From NCBI GenBank assembly GCA_034780895.1, contig JAUZTB010000033.1, positions 30,723,820-30,787,819 of the forward strand: DNA of 64,000 nt. The letters are read 5' to 3'. Numbering within the stretch: position 1 is the first letter of the stretch; each line of letters begins with the position of its first letter. A program made the position numbers and the translations under genes. This document shows, piece after piece, positions 61,630 through 64,000 of this stretch. The notes under the pieces were generated by a model, which was given only the letters and a program-made list of their open reading frames with translations, was not told the origin of the DNA and searched no databases. The stretch comes from Rhynchobatus australiae. Taxonomy: Eukaryota.

Positions 61630-63490
61630 TCAAATATTCCGCGAAAAAAGTCCAACGATTAAATATAATAGAGGCAACTTAGATTCCATAAAACTGACGA
61701 TTGTTTTCCATTACGTCCTTGGAATAAGTCTTGAGGGCTTGATCATGGTGTTAGGGATCAGAGCGGTTTCAGGCACATAAGACGGGAAAGTCTAAGAAAA
61801 TGTTCAGAGTTTGAGTTCTATTTCTCACTTTTGCAAAATAGACTAACACTATTTAAAATTGGGTGAACGTCCATATGCAGACGATATATGGGCCCATACA
61901 GACTATAAACTACTCCGTATGTTTTCTCAATAAGAATTGTTCCTATATATCTGCAGCTGTTGGCACACATTTTCAAATACATTGTTGAAAACTCCAAAAT
62001 GTTTGCTCTTTGGACAGGGTTAGCTTGATTCACGACAATACCGTATGTGTACTTTTCCAAACTTTATGACCTGCTCTGGAGAAGCCAGAGAAATGGATAG
62101 TTCCCTTGACTCTCTCCCTAACACACGGCCAGTTGGAGAGTACGTTTCATGGTTCTACTGCATGCTACTATTGACTACTGCTGCTGGTGGTGCTTTGGTC
62201 TCCGGAGCCTGCAGAATGAACGGATCTGTGGCTGGAACCGTTTGCAGAAGAATGAATCTTGCAAAAATCACATCCTGAGCGTTCGCCAAGCCTAGAGGGA
62301 GAAATCGCCAAAGATTCACCAACTCCGAGCTGCTCCGCGAACAAAATCACACACAACTGAGCACTACACAACTGTGCTTGTTAAACTAATCAAACAAAAA
62401 GCCGTTCGCAAACAACATCTATTTCTCTAATGGGATGAGGGGGCATTGAATCCAGTATCGCGTCAAGTAATTTTAGCTATATATGATGGGACCTTTAGTT
62501 GCGCATATCTGTGCTGCATGTTCACATCTTGCAGGGCGAAATTGCAGTGAACTACGTTAGGGTGAATTGAATAGCCCCGGCACCACAATGTCCTTTCAGA
62601 CCTACTCGCTCTGCTGCTTTGACTTGTGCCCGCTGTGAGGGGAAATCTGAGCCTCTGTCAGCCAGCCCCGACCTTAACCCTGTCTGACAGCCCACACTCC
62701 TCTCCCGGTCACTGGCAATCTCCTTTTAATCTTTTCACAGTTGCCTTTCCATTACAACTGAAATGTTTGTGTCAAGTAGAAGTGTTTTCTCGATCATTGT
62801 TTCCCCTTCGCGGTACTCTGTTCTTTTTAACATTCGTGAACATTTGCTCTCGAGTGTCTCTGGTTCCTGTTGGCCACCAATATGTTGATTCACCCTTTTA
62901 TCCTCNNNNNNNNNNNNNNNNNNNNNNNNNNNNNNNNNNNNNNNNNNNNNNNNNNNNNNNNNNNNNNNNNNNNNNNNNNNTATCGTCAACAATCCACTTT
63001 GCTGCCAACTCGGATTCTCTGTCCAGTCCAAACGTCAAGGATAAGAAGCAAGCATTACTTGAACGGACGCGCCATATAAAGGTGCTCAGGATACACATAG
63101 GCGGGGCTACTTTCCCTCTCAGGGGAACATAAACTGGGTCTGCAGCACCTGCAATATTTAAAGCTGGATATGGTGATATCTGAAGTCTCGGGTTTGTTTT
63201 AAGGGGGAATCCATCTGCGCTCTGAGTGGAATCTGGAGGAGGAGGTGGGATGGTGGATGGGAGTCGGTGGGAAGAACCATAGGCTCCGATTGTACACCTC
63301 AGGTGAAATATTTCAAACTGCAAAAATATTTTAAAAGTAAACACAGTAAAAGCAACTTTCAAACCTATTAGTTTGACCTGAAATAACTGAAGTAAAATGA
63401 ACCTACAGTAACCTGGATTATGTCCGTCCCGGTCTATTTTCGAGTGGTGCAGATAGTCAATTAACCCTAGAAACGCTAGCGTGCATCAGG
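61630..63490. promoter_or_regulatory. CpG-enriched, repeat-free promoter-like region
   Basis: CpG dinucleotides visibly far denser than in the rest of the window; GC box aggcggggc at 63099-63107; CArG/TATA-like ccatataaagg at 63072-63082; E2F-like ttccgcgaaa at ~61637. Confidence 0.5.
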
Positions 63491-64000
63491 GAGCTGAAGA
63501 GTTCAGCTGAACAGTGATATTTGAATTGCATGTTAAACAAACATTTCCCCTGATCCCTGTAAAATAAAATGTACAATTTACATCTTTTGATTTCAAGGCT
63601 TTAAGATCTATTGGATCGTCATCAGATGACATTAATTCTTTGGAATGCATTTTATTTGAACCAAGTGAAACTTTCGCCGTATGACAGTCAGCAGAAGTAT
63701 TTACTTTCCATTGCAATAACTAATCAAACTGTTAGCTGGAGCGATACATGCTCACTTCGAAGAAGCAACTCCTTTTTTTTTCAAGGCAGGTTTTAGTAAA
63801 TGTACATTTTCAACCTTAATTATTCCAGGGGCTCTGCGCAATTGGGTGATATACAAACTACAAACCAGCAAATGATCACATTGATATGCTCAAGGACATC
63901 AAAAACAAAGGGAATTTATTTTATATCATACTAGTTAAAAATGCCTTTAGTATTTTGGCTTTTACTTTAAACTTCTGAAGGGTGCTGTCCATTTAGCTCC

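Noticed and set aside
33-63796. The many 60-110 aa ORFs
   Set aside because: Composition (L/F/I/C/S-rich) and length match random AT-rich non-coding DNA; no recognisable domains apart from LINE remnants.

Overview
This is eukaryotic, AT-rich, CpG-depleted vertebrate DNA, not a prokaryotic window: no operons, rRNA or tRNA genes, CRISPR arrays or intact protein-coding gene were found. The repeat content (V-domain tRNA-derived SINEs of HE1 type, CR1/HER1-like LINE 3' ends, Rex1/Babar LINE, old L2 fragments, DeuSINE/SacSINE1-like copies) suggests a cartilaginous fish (shark/ray lineage); this is inference from recognised motifs, not a database result. The window looks intergenic or intronic and comes from a draft assembly with about 15 N-gaps, some with duplicated flanks. 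The only ORFs with recognisable protein content are decayed retrotransposon reverse transcriptase pieces. Highlights: (1) a ~470 bp inverted-repeat element at 27113-27585 with an intact minimal type I hammerhead ribozyme core in each arm, belonging to a Penelope/retrozyme-like family with several decayed copies in the window; (2) two V-SINEs with the same head but different LINE-derived tails (Rex1-type vs CR1-type), with both partner LINE tails present here; (3) a CpG-enriched promoter-like zone near 61.6-63.5 kb plus several strong minus-strand splice signals and a well-formed terminal exon near 8 kb, possibly a spliced non-coding transcript. All motif calls were made by eye and element boundaries are approximate.
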